This document shows, piece by piece, positions 9,396 through 19,383 of a DNA stretch of 58,071 nucleotides. Numbering within the stretch: position 1 is the stretch's first letter; the number at the start of each line of letters is the position of its first letter. The notes under the pieces were generated by a model. The model saw nothing but the letters and a program-made list of their open reading frames with translations. It searched no databases and was not told where the DNA came from. This DNA is from an uncultured Oscillospiraceae bacterium. GTDB taxonomy: Bacteria > Bacillota > Clostridia > Oscillospirales > Oscillospiraceae. The position numbers and the translations under genes are program-made. The DNA lies in NCBI GenBank assembly GCA_964485125.1, contig CAZAIF010000001.1, forward strand, positions 1-58,071, written 5' to 3'.

Positions 9396-10422
9396 GCAAA
9401 AGACAGCTGCGGAGCGCAAGGGCTTCAAGTATTACTGGTCCAAATTCCAGGCCCTGAACGGCAGCTCTCTCTTCCTGGCTATGATCGCCGCCATGATTAT
9501 CTTTGAGGTGATCCTCCAAATCTCCCGGGGCGGCACCGGCGGACTGGTGTTTATCACCCCAAGCAACCTGATGATGATTTTCCGCCAGATGGTCTACATC
9601 GGCATCATCGCCTTCGGCATGACCCTGGTCATGATGACCGGCAACATCGACCTGTCCGTGGGCAATATGCTCACCTTCTGCTCGTGTATTGCGGCGGCCG
9701 TCATGATGAACACCGACAATACGGCGCTGGCGGTGCTGGCTACCCTGGGCATGGGGCTTGTCTGCGGCCTGTTCAACGGTGTGCTGGTCAGCTATGTAAA
9801 GCTGAACAGCTTTATCACTACTCTGGGCGCCAGTTCCATCTACAGCGCCCTGGCTATCTTCGTCTCCGCCGGCACCGTGCTGGTCATTCCCAACGACTGC
9901 GCCATTGGATTCCGGGCCATCGGCCAGCTCCGCTTCGGTCCGGTCAGCATCTTGGTGCTCTGGTTTGTGGCGGTGGCCCTGATTCTGGGCTTCCTGCTCA
10001 GCCGCACCGTCTACGGCCAGCAGCTCTACGCCATCGGATCCAATCCCGTCGCGGCCCGCTTCTCCGGCATCCGATATCAGCGCAATATCACCATCGCCTA
10101 TGCGATTACCGGAATGTGCGTCGGCCTGGCGGCCCTGATCAGGATGTCCAACGTCCTGAGCTCCAATCCCCAGTCCTCCTCCGGCGCGGAGATGGAGGTC
10201 ATCCTGTGCGTGGTGCTGGGCGGCTGTGCGGTCCAGGGCGGCAAGGGCTCCGTCTGGGGCACCGTCATCGGCGTGCTCTTCTACGGCATCCTGTCCGCCG
10301 GCTTCACCAGCCTGCATATGTCCCAGTATCTGCAGTGGGTGGTCATGGGCGCCATCATGCTGTTCGCCCTGTCGCTTGACGTGCTGAAAGGAAAGGGGGT
10401 CAAACTGTGGAAGAGAAAGTGA
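9388..10422 (+). CDS. sugar ABC transporter permease (RbsC/AraH family)
   Basis: 344 aa polytopic; 'GNIDLSVG' motif; 8-nt overlap with the ATPase gene. Confidence 0.9.
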   Translation: MSEQKTAAERKGFKYYWSKFQALNGSSLFLAMIAAMIIFEVILQISRGGTGGLVFITPSNLMMIFRQMVYIGIIAFGMTLVMMTGNIDLSVGNMLTFCSCIAAAVMMNTDNTALAVLATLGMGLVCGLFNGVLVSYVKLNSFITTLGASSIYSALAIFVSAGTVLVIPNDCAIGFRAIGQLRFGPVSILVLWFVAVALILGFLLSRTVYGQQLYAIGSNPVAARFSGIRYQRNITIAYAITGMCVGLAALIRMSNVLSSNPQSSSGAEMEVILCVVLGGCAVQGGKGSVWGTVIGVLFYGILSAGFTSLHMSQYLQWVVMGAIMLFALSLDVLKGKGVKLWKRK

Positions 10423-11411
10423 TGGTCAGCCAGGCCGAGCGCAAAAAGCGCCTGGTGCGGCGCTTCAAAGACAACAACTCCGTGCTGATCCTGGCGATCA
10501 TGCTGTTTGTGGCCTTCGTCTTTGTGGACAGCTATGGCAACGGCTTCTACAACGTGATCCGCTACACCGCCATGTACGGCCCCGTCTGCCTGGGTTTGGC
10601 CCTGGTGATGATCGCCGGCAACATCGACCTGTCCGCCGGCTTCCAGGCCGGCCTGGCCGGCGTCACCTCGGTGATCTGCTTCAACGCGGTCTATAACGCC
10701 TCGGGCAGCCCGGTGCTCTCCCTGGTGGTAAGCATTATCGGCTGCCTGCTGACCGGCATTGTCACCGGTATCATCAACGGCTTCTTCGTGGCGAAGGTCG
10801 GAGTCCCCTCTCTGATTGCCACCATCGCCGCCAACTACGCCTATCAGGGCTTTGTGTTCTACTTTGCCCAGAGCTCCTTCGCCCCGGAGGATGCGGACAT
10901 TGTCAAGCTGTTTGCCAACACCCGGCTCTTCGGCTTCCGGTGGTTTACCCCGTCCGCCATCGCCTTTGTTCTCATCGTCGCGGCGGTCTTCTTCTGGATG
11001 TACAAGACCCGCTTCGGCAACCGGCTCCACGTGGTGGGCGACAATCCGGAGGCCGCCGCCTATGCCGGCATCAGCGTCCGGAATACCGTGTGGGTCTCTT
11101 ATGTCCTCTGCGGCCTGCTCAGCGCCGTCTGCGGCTTTGTCATGGTGTCCAACGCGGGCTACGCCATCTACACCCAGGGCAACAGCCTGTCTACCCTGAC
11201 CATCTCCTGCTGCGTCATCGGCGGCATCAAGATGTCCGGCGGCAAGGGCACCGCCATCCACGTCCTGCTGGGCGTGCTGATCATGCGGGTCATCTCTCAG
11301 ATGATGACCGCCCTGTACCTGGCCCAGTCCTGGGTCAACATGATTACCGGCGCCCTGCTTATTGTGGTGCTGATCATAGACCGGTTCACCTCCAACAAGG
11401 AGGTTGACTGA
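10407..11411 (+). CDS. sugar ABC transporter permease (second RbsC-type subunit)
   Basis: 334 aa polytopic; 'GNIDLSAG', 'GGIKMSGGKGT'; overlaps the upstream permease. Confidence 0.88.
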   Translation: MEEKVMVSQAERKKRLVRRFKDNNSVLILAIMLFVAFVFVDSYGNGFYNVIRYTAMYGPVCLGLALVMIAGNIDLSAGFQAGLAGVTSVICFNAVYNASGSPVLSLVVSIIGCLLTGIVTGIINGFFVAKVGVPSLIATIAANYAYQGFVFYFAQSSFAPEDADIVKLFANTRLFGFRWFTPSAIAFVLIVAAVFFWMYKTRFGNRLHVVGDNPEAAAYAGISVRNTVWVSYVLCGLLSAVCGFVMVSNAGYAIYTQGNSLSTLTISCCVIGGIKMSGGKGTAIHVLLGVLIMRVISQMMTALYLAQSWVNMITGALLIVVLIIDRFTSNKEVD

Positions 11412-11487
11412 CCTATCCCTGTTGACAGTCCGCTCTGGCGGCTTGTCATAGAACATCCCTCGATGCGTATCGAAAGGAAGGAAGAAA

Positions 11488-12606
11488 ATGAAAAAAATCA
11501 GCAAGCTTTTGGCCCTGGTCCTGGCTCTGGCCATGGCCCTGGCCCTGGTTTCCTGCGGAAGCGTCACTGTAGGAACCGGCAGCGACACCTCTGACGATTC
11601 ATCCGTAAACGCTGGAGTCAGCACAGACGACGGTTCGGACGCCAACTCGGAAGACACTTCGGATGACACCGAGGCTGACGATTCCACCGGCGCCCAGGAG
11701 GGCTGCAACATCGACGTGTCCGGCGTGGACCTGACCGGCTACACCATTGGCTATGTCACCATCAACTCCTCCGCTCCCTGGGGCGGCCGCGTGGGCACCG
11801 AGCTGGAGCGTATGGCCACTGAGGCCGGCGCCACCGTCCTCAGCCTGGATGCCGCCACCGTTGCTGACGATGTGACCAACTACTGCCGCCAGATGATCGA
11901 CAACGCGGTGGACGCCCTGTGCGTCTTCGGCGGCGACCCCACCGCCATGGTGGACATCGCAAAGGAGTGCTCCGAGGCGGGCATCCCCCTGTTCCTGTGC
12001 GCCCTTGACGTGGCCGAGGAGGGCCAGGAGTATACCACAGCCTGCATCGGCCCCGACCAGGAGGAAATGTGCTACCAGATCGGGCAGTACATCATTGAGG
12101 AGTTCGGCGCGGATGCCGGCATCAACATAGTCCAGATCTCCGGCGTGCCCTTCCTGATGGACTATCAGCTCCGGGAGGCCGGCTTCGCCCGGGCCATGGA
12201 GGCGACCAACTACAACCTGTATGAGCCCGACTACGCCTACTCCGACCGCGCCGAAGCCAAGACCTTTATGGAGCAGCACATCCAGGCGGATGGCGACGCC
12301 ATCGACGTCGTCATGGGCTTTGACGATGACCTGACCATGGGCGCTGTGACCGCCATTGAGGAGGCCGGCCTGACCGGCCAGATCAAGGTCTACTCCCTGA
12401 CCGGCCAGAACGACGCCATCCAGGCGGTTGCCAACGGCCAGATGGAGCTCACCGTTATGAACCGGGCCGACGACATCGCCGCCGAGACCTGCGTGGCCAT
12501 GTACGAGTACTTCACCACCGGTGAGACCGAGTACTATCACTACACTCCTCTGGTCTACATCACCGCTGATAATGTGGATGAGTACATCGGCAAGGGCGAG
12601 TTCTGA
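11488..12606 (+). CDS. sugar ABC transporter substrate-binding lipoprotein (periplasmic-binding-protein type I)
   Basis: Lipobox LVSCGS, Asp/Ser-rich linker, then a PBP fold-like body; last gene of the operon. Confidence 0.85.
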   Translation: MKKISKLLALVLALAMALALVSCGSVTVGTGSDTSDDSSVNAGVSTDDGSDANSEDTSDDTEADDSTGAQEGCNIDVSGVDLTGYTIGYVTINSSAPWGGRVGTELERMATEAGATVLSLDAATVADDVTNYCRQMIDNAVDALCVFGGDPTAMVDIAKECSEAGIPLFLCALDVAEEGQEYTTACIGPDQEEMCYQIGQYIIEEFGADAGINIVQISGVPFLMDYQLREAGFARAMEATNYNLYEPDYAYSDRAEAKTFMEQHIQADGDAIDVVMGFDDDLTMGAVTAIEEAGLTGQIKVYSLTGQNDAIQAVANGQMELTVMNRADDIAAETCVAMYEYFTTGETEYYHYTPLVYITADNVDEYIGKGEF

Positions 12607-12632
12607 TTCCCCTTCATTGCCAACTGCCAACC

Positions 12633-12667
12633 AAAACGGGAGACGCGCCGCGTCTCCCGTTTTTTTG
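12633..12667 (+). terminator. rho-independent terminator
   Basis: ACGGGAGACGCG / CGCGTCTCCCGT stem followed by TTTTTTT. Confidence 0.85.
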
Positions 12668-12778
12668 TGCCCGCTTTTCCGCCCGGAAGTTTTTCCGCCC
12701 CCGGACCTGAGACCCTATGACCGGGTCCGGGCAAATTCTCACATCGACGCATAAAAGCGAAAAAGTACCCGTCCCCGC

Positions 12779-12807
12779 TTGACATTCCCCCGGCGGGGAC
12801 TTATCAT
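12779..12807 (+). promoter_or_regulatory. promoter of proC-proB-proA
   Basis: TTGACA 12779-12784, 17-nt spacer, TATCAT 12802-12807. Confidence 0.55.
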
Positions 12808-12882
12808 GGTGATATATCTGATTTGCGCCCCGCCGGGGGGCTCCCGGGGAGCGGGGGCAGAGGGCAGAAGGGGGATTTTCGC

Positions 12883-13689
12883 GTGGAATATTGTCAAATC
12901 GGCTTTTTGGGCTGTGGGAATATGGGCTCTGCTTTGGCCCGGGCGGCGGCGAAGGGGGCGGCGGCGCCGCTGCTGCTCTCGGACCACACCGCCGCCAAGG
13001 CCCAGGCCCTGGCCCGGGAGCTGGGGGCCTCGGCGGTGGACAACGGGCAGGTGGCCGCCGCCTGCGATTTGATCTTCCTGGCCGTCAAGCCCCAGGCCAT
13101 GGCCGGCCTGCTCTCGGAGCTGGAGCCGGTCCTCAAGGGGCGGAGCGGACGCTTTGTGCTGGTCACCATGGCGGCGGGCCTGAGCATCGCCGCCATCCGG
13201 CAGATGGCCGGGGCGGACTGGCCGGTCATCCGCATCATGCCCAACACCCCCGCCTCCATCGGGGAGGGGATGATCCTGTACTGTGCCGAGGGGACGACCG
13301 AGGAGGAGGTGACCGCCTTCACCGGCCTGATGCGGGAGGCGGGCAGCCTGGACCCGCTCCCGGAGGGGCTGATCGACGCGGGCAGCGCCGTCTCCGGCTG
13401 CGGCCCCGCCTTCGTCTATCCCTTCCTCGAGGCCCTGGCCGACGGGGCGGTGGCCTGCGGCCTGCCCCGGGACAAGGCCCAGCGCTACGCCGCCCAGACC
13501 CTGGTGGGGGCGGCCAAATTGGTGCTGGAGAGCGGCAGCCATCCCGGCGCGCTGAAGGATGCGGTCTGCTCCCCCGGCGGCTCCACCATCCAGGGGGTGC
13601 GGGCCCTGGAGCGGAACGGCTTCCGCTCCGCCGTCCTGGAGGCGGTCATCGCCGCCTATCAGAAGACGGTGGATCTGGGCCGTCAGTGA
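12883..13689 (+). CDS. proC: pyrroline-5-carboxylate reductase
   Basis: 'IGFLGCGNMGSAL' Rossmann N-terminus, 'MPNTPA', 'SPGGSTI'; GTG start 12883 chosen to give the canonical N-terminus. Confidence 0.88.
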   Translation: MEYCQIGFLGCGNMGSALARAAAKGAAAPLLLSDHTAAKAQALARELGASAVDNGQVAAACDLIFLAVKPQAMAGLLSELEPVLKGRSGRFVLVTMAAGLSIAAIRQMAGADWPVIRIMPNTPASIGEGMILYCAEGTTEEEVTAFTGLMREAGSLDPLPEGLIDAGSAVSGCGPAFVYPFLEALADGAVACGLPRDKAQRYAAQTLVGAAKLVLESGSHPGALKDAVCSPGGSTIQGVRALERNGFRSAVLEAVIAAYQKTVDLGRQ

Positions 13690-13740
13690 GCGAGAGAAAC
13701 CGCGCCCTGTGGGGCGCGGAGGAGAGGAACGCATACAGCC

Positions 13741-14505
13741 ATGAGAATTGTCGTCAAAGTGGGCACCTCCACCCTGGCCTATGCCACCGGCCGGCTGAAC
13801 ATCCGCCAGGTGGAAAAGCTGTGCAAGGTGCTCAGTGACCTGAAAAACGCCGGCCATGAGATCATCCTGGTCTCCTCCGGGGCCATCGGCATGGGGGTGG
13901 GCAAGCTGTCTTTGCCCGGACGGCCCAGCGATATGCCCGGCAAGCAGGCCGCCGCCGCGGTGGGCCAGTGTGAGCTGATGTACACCTATGACAGGCTCTT
14001 CGCCGAGTACAGCCATGTGGTGGCCCAGATCCTGCTCACCGGCGAGGACCTGGAGCACCAGGACCGGAAGGAGAACTTCCAGAACACCCTCTACCGGCTG
14101 CTGGAGCTGGGGGCGCTGCCCATCGTCAACGAGAACGACACCATCGCCACAAAGGAGATCGCCGTGGGGGACAACGACTCCCTGGGGGCCATTGTGGCCG
14201 CCTGCTGCAAGGCGGATCTGCTGGTGGTGCTCAGCGACATCGACGGGCTGTACACCGCCAATCCCAAGGAGCATCCCGATGCCGCGATCATCCCGGAGGT
14301 GGCCGCCCTGACCCCAGAGCTCTACGCCTTGGCCGGGGGCAAGGGCTCGGAGCTGGCGGTGGGGGGCATGGTGACCAAGCTCCAGGCCGCCGAGATCGCC
14401 ACTACCCAGGGCGTGACCATGATCATTACCAACGGCGCCGCACCGGAGCGCCTCTACGACATCGTGGAGGGCAGGCCGGTGGGCACAAAATTTTGGGGGA
14501 GGTAA
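13741..14505 (+). CDS. proB: glutamate 5-kinase (short form without PUA domain)
   Basis: '[11 protein letters not shown]', '[11 protein letters not shown]', 'NENDTIA..E...GDNDSL', '[10 protein letters not shown]'. Confidence 0.92.
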   Translation: MRIVVKVGTSTLAYATGRLNIRQVEKLCKVLSDLKNAGHEIILVSSGAIGMGVGKLSLPGRPSDMPGKQAAAAVGQCELMYTYDRLFAEYSHVVAQILLTGEDLEHQDRKENFQNTLYRLLELGALPIVNENDTIATKEIAVGDNDSLGAIVAACCKADLLVVLSDIDGLYTANPKEHPDAAIIPEVAALTPELYALAGGKGSELAVGGMVTKLQAAEIATTQGVTMIITNGAAPERLYDIVEGRPVGTKFWGR

Positions 14506-14510
14506 GCACT

Positions 14511-15767
14511 ATGACTACACAGGAACTGCTGCGGGGGGCCAAGGCGGCCAAGGCTGAGCTGGCCGCCCTGTCATCTGAGGACAAAAACCGGGCGCTGCTG
14601 GCCATGGCCCAGGCCCTGGTGGATCAGGCCGGGGAGATTTTAGCGGCCAACGCCCAGGATCTGGCCGCCGCCCAGGGCACCGTGTCCCAGGTGATGCTGG
14701 ACCGGCTGGCCCTGGACGAAGACCGGATCCAGGGCATGGCCGAAGGCATCCGCCAGGTGGCGGAGCTGCCCGACCCGGTGGGGAAGATCCTCCGCACCGT
14801 GGAGCGGCCCAACGGGCTGGTCATCCAGAAGCGGGCGGTGCCCATGGGGGTGGTGGCCATCATCTACGAGAGCCGCCCCAACGTCACCTCCGACGCGGCG
14901 GCCCTGGCCCTGAAGAGCGGCAACGTCTGCGTGCTCCGGGGGGGCAAGGAGGCCTACCGCTCCGCCCGGGCCATTGTGGCCGCCCTGAAGGCGGGCCTGA
15001 CCGGCCTGGGGCTGCCGGACACCTTTGTCAACCTGGTGGAGGACACCACCCGCCGGAGCGCCACCGAGCTGATGCACGCGGTGGGCTATGTGGACCTGCT
15101 GATCCCCCGGGGCGGCCCGGGGCTGATCCGCTCCTGCGTGGAAAACGCCACGGTGCCCTGCATCCAGACCGGCACCGGCATCTGCCACATCTATGTGGAC
15201 GCGGCAGCGGACGTGGATATGGCGGTGAACATCATCGAGAACGCCAAGGCCAGCCGCCCCTCGGTATGCAACGCCGAGGAGGTCTGCCTGGTCCACCGCG
15301 CCATCGCCCCGGCCTTCCTGCCCGGGCTCCAGGCCCGGCTGACCTCGGAGCGGGTCTCCCAGGGCAAGACCCCGGTGGAGCTGCGGCTGGACCCGGAGGC
15401 GGCCCGGATCATCCCGGGCACCCCGGCGGGGGAGCGGGACTTCGATACGGAATTCCTGGACTACATCCTGGCTGTCAAGGTGGTGGACAGCCTGGAGGAG
15501 GCCATGGAGCACATTTCCCTCCACTCCACCGGTCACAGCGAGGCCATCGTCACCTCTGACCAGGCGGCGGCGGAGCGGTTTCTGACCGGGGTGGACTCGG
15601 CGGCGGTCTACCACAACGCCTCCACCCGGTTCACCGACGGGGGCGAGTTCGGCCTGGGCTGCGAGATGGGCATCTCCACCCAGAAGCTCCACGCCCGGGG
15701 CCCCATGGGGCTGGAGGAGCTGTGCAGCTACAAGTACGTCATCCGGGGCACTGGCCAGATCCGATAA
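14511..15767 (+). CDS. proA: glutamate-5-semialdehyde dehydrogenase
   Basis: 'IYESRPNVT', 'LRGGKEA', 'VCNAEE' catalytic Cys region, '[11 protein letters not shown]', 'NASTRFTDG'; ATG 14511 follows GGGGGAGG. Confidence 0.92.
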   Translation: MTTQELLRGAKAAKAELAALSSEDKNRALLAMAQALVDQAGEILAANAQDLAAAQGTVSQVMLDRLALDEDRIQGMAEGIRQVAELPDPVGKILRTVERPNGLVIQKRAVPMGVVAIIYESRPNVTSDAAALALKSGNVCVLRGGKEAYRSARAIVAALKAGLTGLGLPDTFVNLVEDTTRRSATELMHAVGYVDLLIPRGGPGLIRSCVENATVPCIQTGTGICHIYVDAAADVDMAVNIIENAKASRPSVCNAEEVCLVHRAIAPAFLPGLQARLTSERVSQGKTPVELRLDPEAARIIPGTPAGERDFDTEFLDYILAVKVVDSLEEAMEHISLHSTGHSEAIVTSDQAAAERFLTGVDSAAVYHNASTRFTDGGEFGLGCEMGISTQKLHARGPMGLEELCSYKYVIRGTGQIR

Positions 15768-15782
15768 GCGAAAAGACGGCAA

Positions 15783-15817
15783 GGGCCGCGATTTCTCTGA
15801 AATCGCGGCCCTTTTTT
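15783..15817 (+). terminator. rho-independent terminator (possibly bidirectional)
   Basis: GGGCCGCGATTTC / GAAATCGCGGCCC stem then TTTTTT; sits between convergent proA and the Mo-enzyme gene. Confidence 0.85.
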
Positions 15818-15841
15818 CAATGAAAAAACCGTAAAGGGTAA

Positions 15842-17998
15842 TTACTGTTCACCATTCATCCAGCGCTCGTAGCGCTCCTCGATGGTACAGCCGGGGTTGG
15901 GGTAGATCTTGCACAGCAGGGCCCGGAGCTGGTAGGAGCCCATATAGTGGTCGTGGGGCGGGGCGGCGCTGGTGAGGATGTTGGCGTTGGACTCCTCCCA
16001 GCCGTAGCCCGGGGCTCCGGCCTCCGGGTACCACCAGCCGAAGTCGCAGCTCACCACCCAGGGGTCCATCTCCGGTTCAAATTTGGCTTTCTGGGTGATG
16101 CGGCCCCGCTGGTTTTCGATCCAGACCCAGTCCCCCTCGGCGATGCCGAAGCGCCGGCCGGTGTCCGGGTGCATCCGCACCAGGGGGAAGGGCTCCCGGC
16201 GGCGCAGGGACTTGATCTGCCGGTTGTTGGAGACGAAGTAGGGCTGCTGCCGTCCTCCGGTGGTCAGAATCAGCGGATACTGCTGGGCCAGGGCCGGGTT
16301 GCTGACCGGGGTCTCCGGGGGCTCCTGCCAGGAGGGCAGGGGGTCCACTCCGGTGCGGGCCATCTCGGTGGACCAGAGCTCGAATTTGCCGGTGGGGGTG
16401 TGGAAGCCCGCCCGCCTGTAGTTGTAGTAGGTGCGCCGGGGGGCCAGATACCCCTGTTCCCGCAGGTCGTCCAGAGTAAAATCCCGGTACTCGGGGCGGC
16501 GGAGGGCCAGCTCTGCCATCTGCCCCTCCATCATGGAGCGCTGGTCGGTGAAGCCGTAGTTCCACCCGGCCCGTCTGCACAGCTCGATGATGAACTCCTC
16601 GTCGGTCTTGCACTCCTCCACCTGGACGCACTTCTGCTGGGAGAGTAGCACCTGGTCCCCGAACTCCGGCATGGCGAACACGCAGTCCACCTCGGGCCAC
16701 AGAGCCGCCGGCAGCACCACGTCGGCCAGCTCTGCGGTGGGGTTCATGAAGAGGTCCATGTAGACCAGGAAGTCCAGCTGACGCAGGCACTCATAGCTGT
16801 GCCGGGCGTCGGCCATGGAGAGCAGGGTGTTGTTGGCCTGGATGAACATGCCCCGGATCTTGTAGGGCTTGCCGGTGCGGATGGCCTCCAGCACCAGGTA
16901 GGGGTGGGCCATGGTGTCCCGCTTCAGGAAGGGCAGGCCGCCGGTCAGCGCCCGGTCCAGCCGCTCCTGGGGGATCTGGTTGCAGGGAGGAAGCCCGGCG
17001 GGGGCGATCTCCATGCTCTCCACAAAGCCCCCGGGCACGTCGTAGTTGCCGGTGAGGGCGGGGATCATGAAGATGGCCCGGCAGGTGTCTATCGCGTTCA
17101 CGCTCTGCTCAAAGGCGCAGCCCTGCTCCAGCCCCAGGGGCTTTGTGGTGCCGATCCACCGGGCGGCGGCTAAAATCTGTTCCGTCGGGATGCCGGTGAT
17201 GACAGATACCTTGTCAAGGGGATATTCCTTACACCGCTCCCGGAGCTGGTCAAAGCCGTAGGTGTACTGTTCCACAAAGTCGTGGTCGTAGAGATCCTCG
17301 GAAAACAGCAGATTCAGGATGCCCAGGGCCAGAGCGCCGTCGGTGCCCGGCCGGACCCGCAGCCAGAGCTTGGCCTGTTTGGCCAGCTCGGTGGGTTTGG
17401 GGTCGATGACCACAATGGGGATGCCCTCCCGGACCGCGTCCTTGATGAACCATTGCAGCTCCCCGTCGGCGCCGCTGATGGCCGGATTGGCCCCCCACAC
17501 CAGAATGCCCCCGGGCCGGGTGGCGCCGAAGTAGTCCACCCCGGCGAAGAGCCCGGCGGTCAGCACAGCGGCGGTGCGCCGGGGGCCCAGGCAGATCAGC
17601 GCCCCGGCGGAGCTGAAGTTGGGTGTGCCGATGGCGTTGCCCAGCCGGAAGAAGTAGGGCAGGTGGTGCCGCCCAGTGCCGGTCAGGGAGGAGATGCACT
17701 CGGGGCCGTACTGCCGGATCAGCCCGTTCATCTTGTCCGCGATCAGGTCATAGGCCTCATCCCAGGAGATGCGCTCCCACTGTCCGCTGCCCCGGGGCCC
17801 GATCCGTCGCCGGGGGTAGGTCAGCCGGTCCGGGTGGTACATCTGCTCGATGATGGACATCCCCTTGACGCAGCCCCGCCCCCGGTTCAGCGGCCCGTCC
17901 TTGGCGGGCCTGGCCTGGACGACCTTTCCGCCCTCCACCGTGATGTCAAACAGGCAGCCCCCGTGGCAGCCCCGGCAGGCGGTCTTGTAAACCTTCAT
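15842..17998 (-). CDS. molybdopterin (bis-MGD) oxidoreductase, DMSO-reductase superfamily, cytoplasmic
   Basis: N-terminal 4Fe-4S motif C-x2-C-x3-C...C ('ACRGCHGGCLF...GRGCVKG'); 718 aa; no twin-arginine signal; no adjacent FeS, membrane or chaperone subunit. Confidence 0.85.
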   Translation of the reverse strand: MKVYKTACRGCHGGCLFDITVEGGKVVQARPAKDGPLNRGRGCVKGMSIIEQMYHPDRLTYPRRRIGPRGSGQWERISWDEAYDLIADKMNGLIRQYGPECISSLTGTGRHHLPYFFRLGNAIGTPNFSSAGALICLGPRRTAAVLTAGLFAGVDYFGATRPGGILVWGANPAISGADGELQWFIKDAVREGIPIVVIDPKPTELAKQAKLWLRVRPGTDGALALGILNLLFSEDLYDHDFVEQYTYGFDQLRERCKEYPLDKVSVITGIPTEQILAAARWIGTTKPLGLEQGCAFEQSVNAIDTCRAIFMIPALTGNYDVPGGFVESMEIAPAGLPPCNQIPQERLDRALTGGLPFLKRDTMAHPYLVLEAIRTGKPYKIRGMFIQANNTLLSMADARHSYECLRQLDFLVYMDLFMNPTAELADVVLPAALWPEVDCVFAMPEFGDQVLLSQQKCVQVEECKTDEEFIIELCRRAGWNYGFTDQRSMMEGQMAELALRRPEYRDFTLDDLREQGYLAPRRTYYNYRRAGFHTPTGKFELWSTEMARTGVDPLPSWQEPPETPVSNPALAQQYPLILTTGGRQQPYFVSNNRQIKSLRRREPFPLVRMHPDTGRRFGIAEGDWVWIENQRGRITQKAKFEPEMDPWVVSCDFGWWYPEAGAPGYGWEESNANILTSAAPPHDHYMGSYQLRALLCKIYPNPGCTIEERYERWMNGEQ

Positions 17999-18062
17999 TC
18001 CTTGTCACCTTCTTTGAAAGGAAAACGGCTGCGCCCCCCGGGGAAGGCGGCTGTTTCATGGC

Positions 18063-18509
18063 TCAGAGCTGCATCAGGGCGCCGCCCATGGCGATGCCCA
18101 GGGCGGCGCCGCAGACCACCTGCAGCGGGGTGTGGCCCACCAGCTCTTTGAACTTCTTCTCCGGGGAGATGGGCTTGCCCATGTCCTCAAAGATGCGCAG
18201 GATGTCGTTGATGACCTTGCCCTGGTCTCCCGTCTCCCGCCGCACCCCCATGGCGTCGTACATGACCACAAAGGCCACGATGCAGCACACCCCGAAGAGG
18301 GGGCTGGTCACGCCGCAGTCAAAGGCCACCGCCGCCGCCAGGGCGCAGACGGTGGCGGAGTGGGAAGAGGGCATGCCGCCGCTGCTGAAGACCACATTTA
18401 GGGGCAGAGAGCGGTTCATGACCAGGCAGATGATGCACTTGATGAGCTGCGCGGCCAGCCAGGCCGAGGCGGCGCAGATGAGTTCCTTGTTGAGCGAGTC
18501 CCAAAGCAC
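18063..18509 (-). CDS. divergent PAP2 family (DUF212-like) membrane protein
   Basis: 'GGMPSSHSATV...MYDAMGVRRETG...GHTPLQV'; GTG start 18509, 6 nt after GGAGGA. Confidence 0.8.
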   Translation of the reverse strand: MLWDSLNKELICAASAWLAAQLIKCIICLVMNRSLPLNVVFSSGGMPSSHSATVCALAAAVAFDCGVTSPLFGVCCIVAFVVMYDAMGVRRETGDQGKVINDILRIFEDMGKPISPEKKFKELVGHTPLQVVCGAALGIAMGGALMQL

Positions 18510-18721
18510 GATGGTTCCTCCGGTTTCAGGTGGGTTTTCGGTGTCTTGCCCCTCCATTATACCGGATCGATGGGGAAAATCAAATAAAATTGTGGTTAAG
18601 AATATCGGGCGAACCCGGAACGGCCAAACCCTTGTCCTCTCTCCGAAACCGTGGTATGATAGCCGGGACAGGGCCCGCCGCCCAACGGGGGTGGGCATGC
18701 ATTGAGAGAGGGGCGGAGACC

Positions 18722-19306
18722 ATGTGCGCGTACTATTCCCGGGGGATAGACAAGTCCGGCGCCGGCTTCCACCGGAAGAGCTACCGGCTGCTGTCGGAGT
18801 TTATGGACCGGAGCCGGTACGGGTCCATGCTGCTGCTGCTGCGGCAGAAGGACATCGCCGACGCCTCCGCCCGGCGCAGGGCGGGGCTGGACGTGGTGGA
18901 CATCTTCAGTGCCGGCACCGCCCCCGCCGACCCCCAGATCCTCCACATCCACAGCCTGCATGGCGGGGATGAGACGGTGACGCTGGAGCACACCTATATG
19001 TACTGGGCCCAGCTGGTCACCCTGCGGGATGTGCTGGAGCGGCGCTACGGGCTGCGCATCGGGGGACTCAACCTGCCCCAGAAGGAGAACGGCCTGCTGG
19101 CCTGTGTGGAGCTGGCCGGGGCCCACATGGCCAAGCTGCCCGACCGCTATGTGACCTGGACCTTCCGGCTGAAGGCCCGGGGCAAACACCGCTGCCCCGA
19201 GGAGACCGGCGGCGCCCCGGCGGAGTGCGTGGTCAGCCTGGGGGAGCTGGGGGGTGTGGGGTGTCCCTACTGCCTGGCGGAGGAGCTGAATCTGAATCTG
19301 GAGTGA
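18722..19306 (+). CDS. hypothetical protein with C-terminal 4-Cys (zinc-ribbon-like) cluster
   Basis: 194 aa; strong G/C third-position bias; RBS GAGAGAGGGG; C-x10-C ... C-x2-C at the C-terminus; I recognise no family. Confidence 0.65.
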   Translation: MCAYYSRGIDKSGAGFHRKSYRLLSEFMDRSRYGSMLLLLRQKDIADASARRRAGLDVVDIFSAGTAPADPQILHIHSLHGGDETVTLEHTYMYWAQLVTLRDVLERRYGLRIGGLNLPQKENGLLACVELAGAHMAKLPDRYVTWTFRLKARGKHRCPEETGGAPAECVVSLGELGGVGCPYCLAEELNLNLE

Positions 19307-19331
19307 AGCCTCCCCCTGTACAACAAGAAAT

Positions 19332-19380
19332 GCCGGGGCCGCCCTTTTCCCTCTGGGCGGCCCCGGCTGTTTTGGTTTTT
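19332..19380. terminator. bidirectional rho-independent terminator
   Basis: GCCGGGGCCGCCC / GGGCGGCCCCGGC stem, TGTTTTGGTTTTT tail; between convergent genes. Confidence 0.8.
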
Positions 19381-19383
19381 GAT

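Noticed and set aside
7674-9428. 584-aa ORF on the minus strand
   Set aside because: It is antisense to the well-supported duplicated-ABC ATPase gene. Its composition (Gly/Asp/His/Leu/Gln-rich) is the typical shadow of a high-GC gene, and it has no motifs or RBS.
12739-14274. 511-aa minus-strand ORF, and the 315-aa plus-strand alternative frame at 12891-13838
   Set aside because: They overlap proC and proB, which carry clear family motifs. The alternative frames are Gly/Arg/Pro-rich low-complexity translations.
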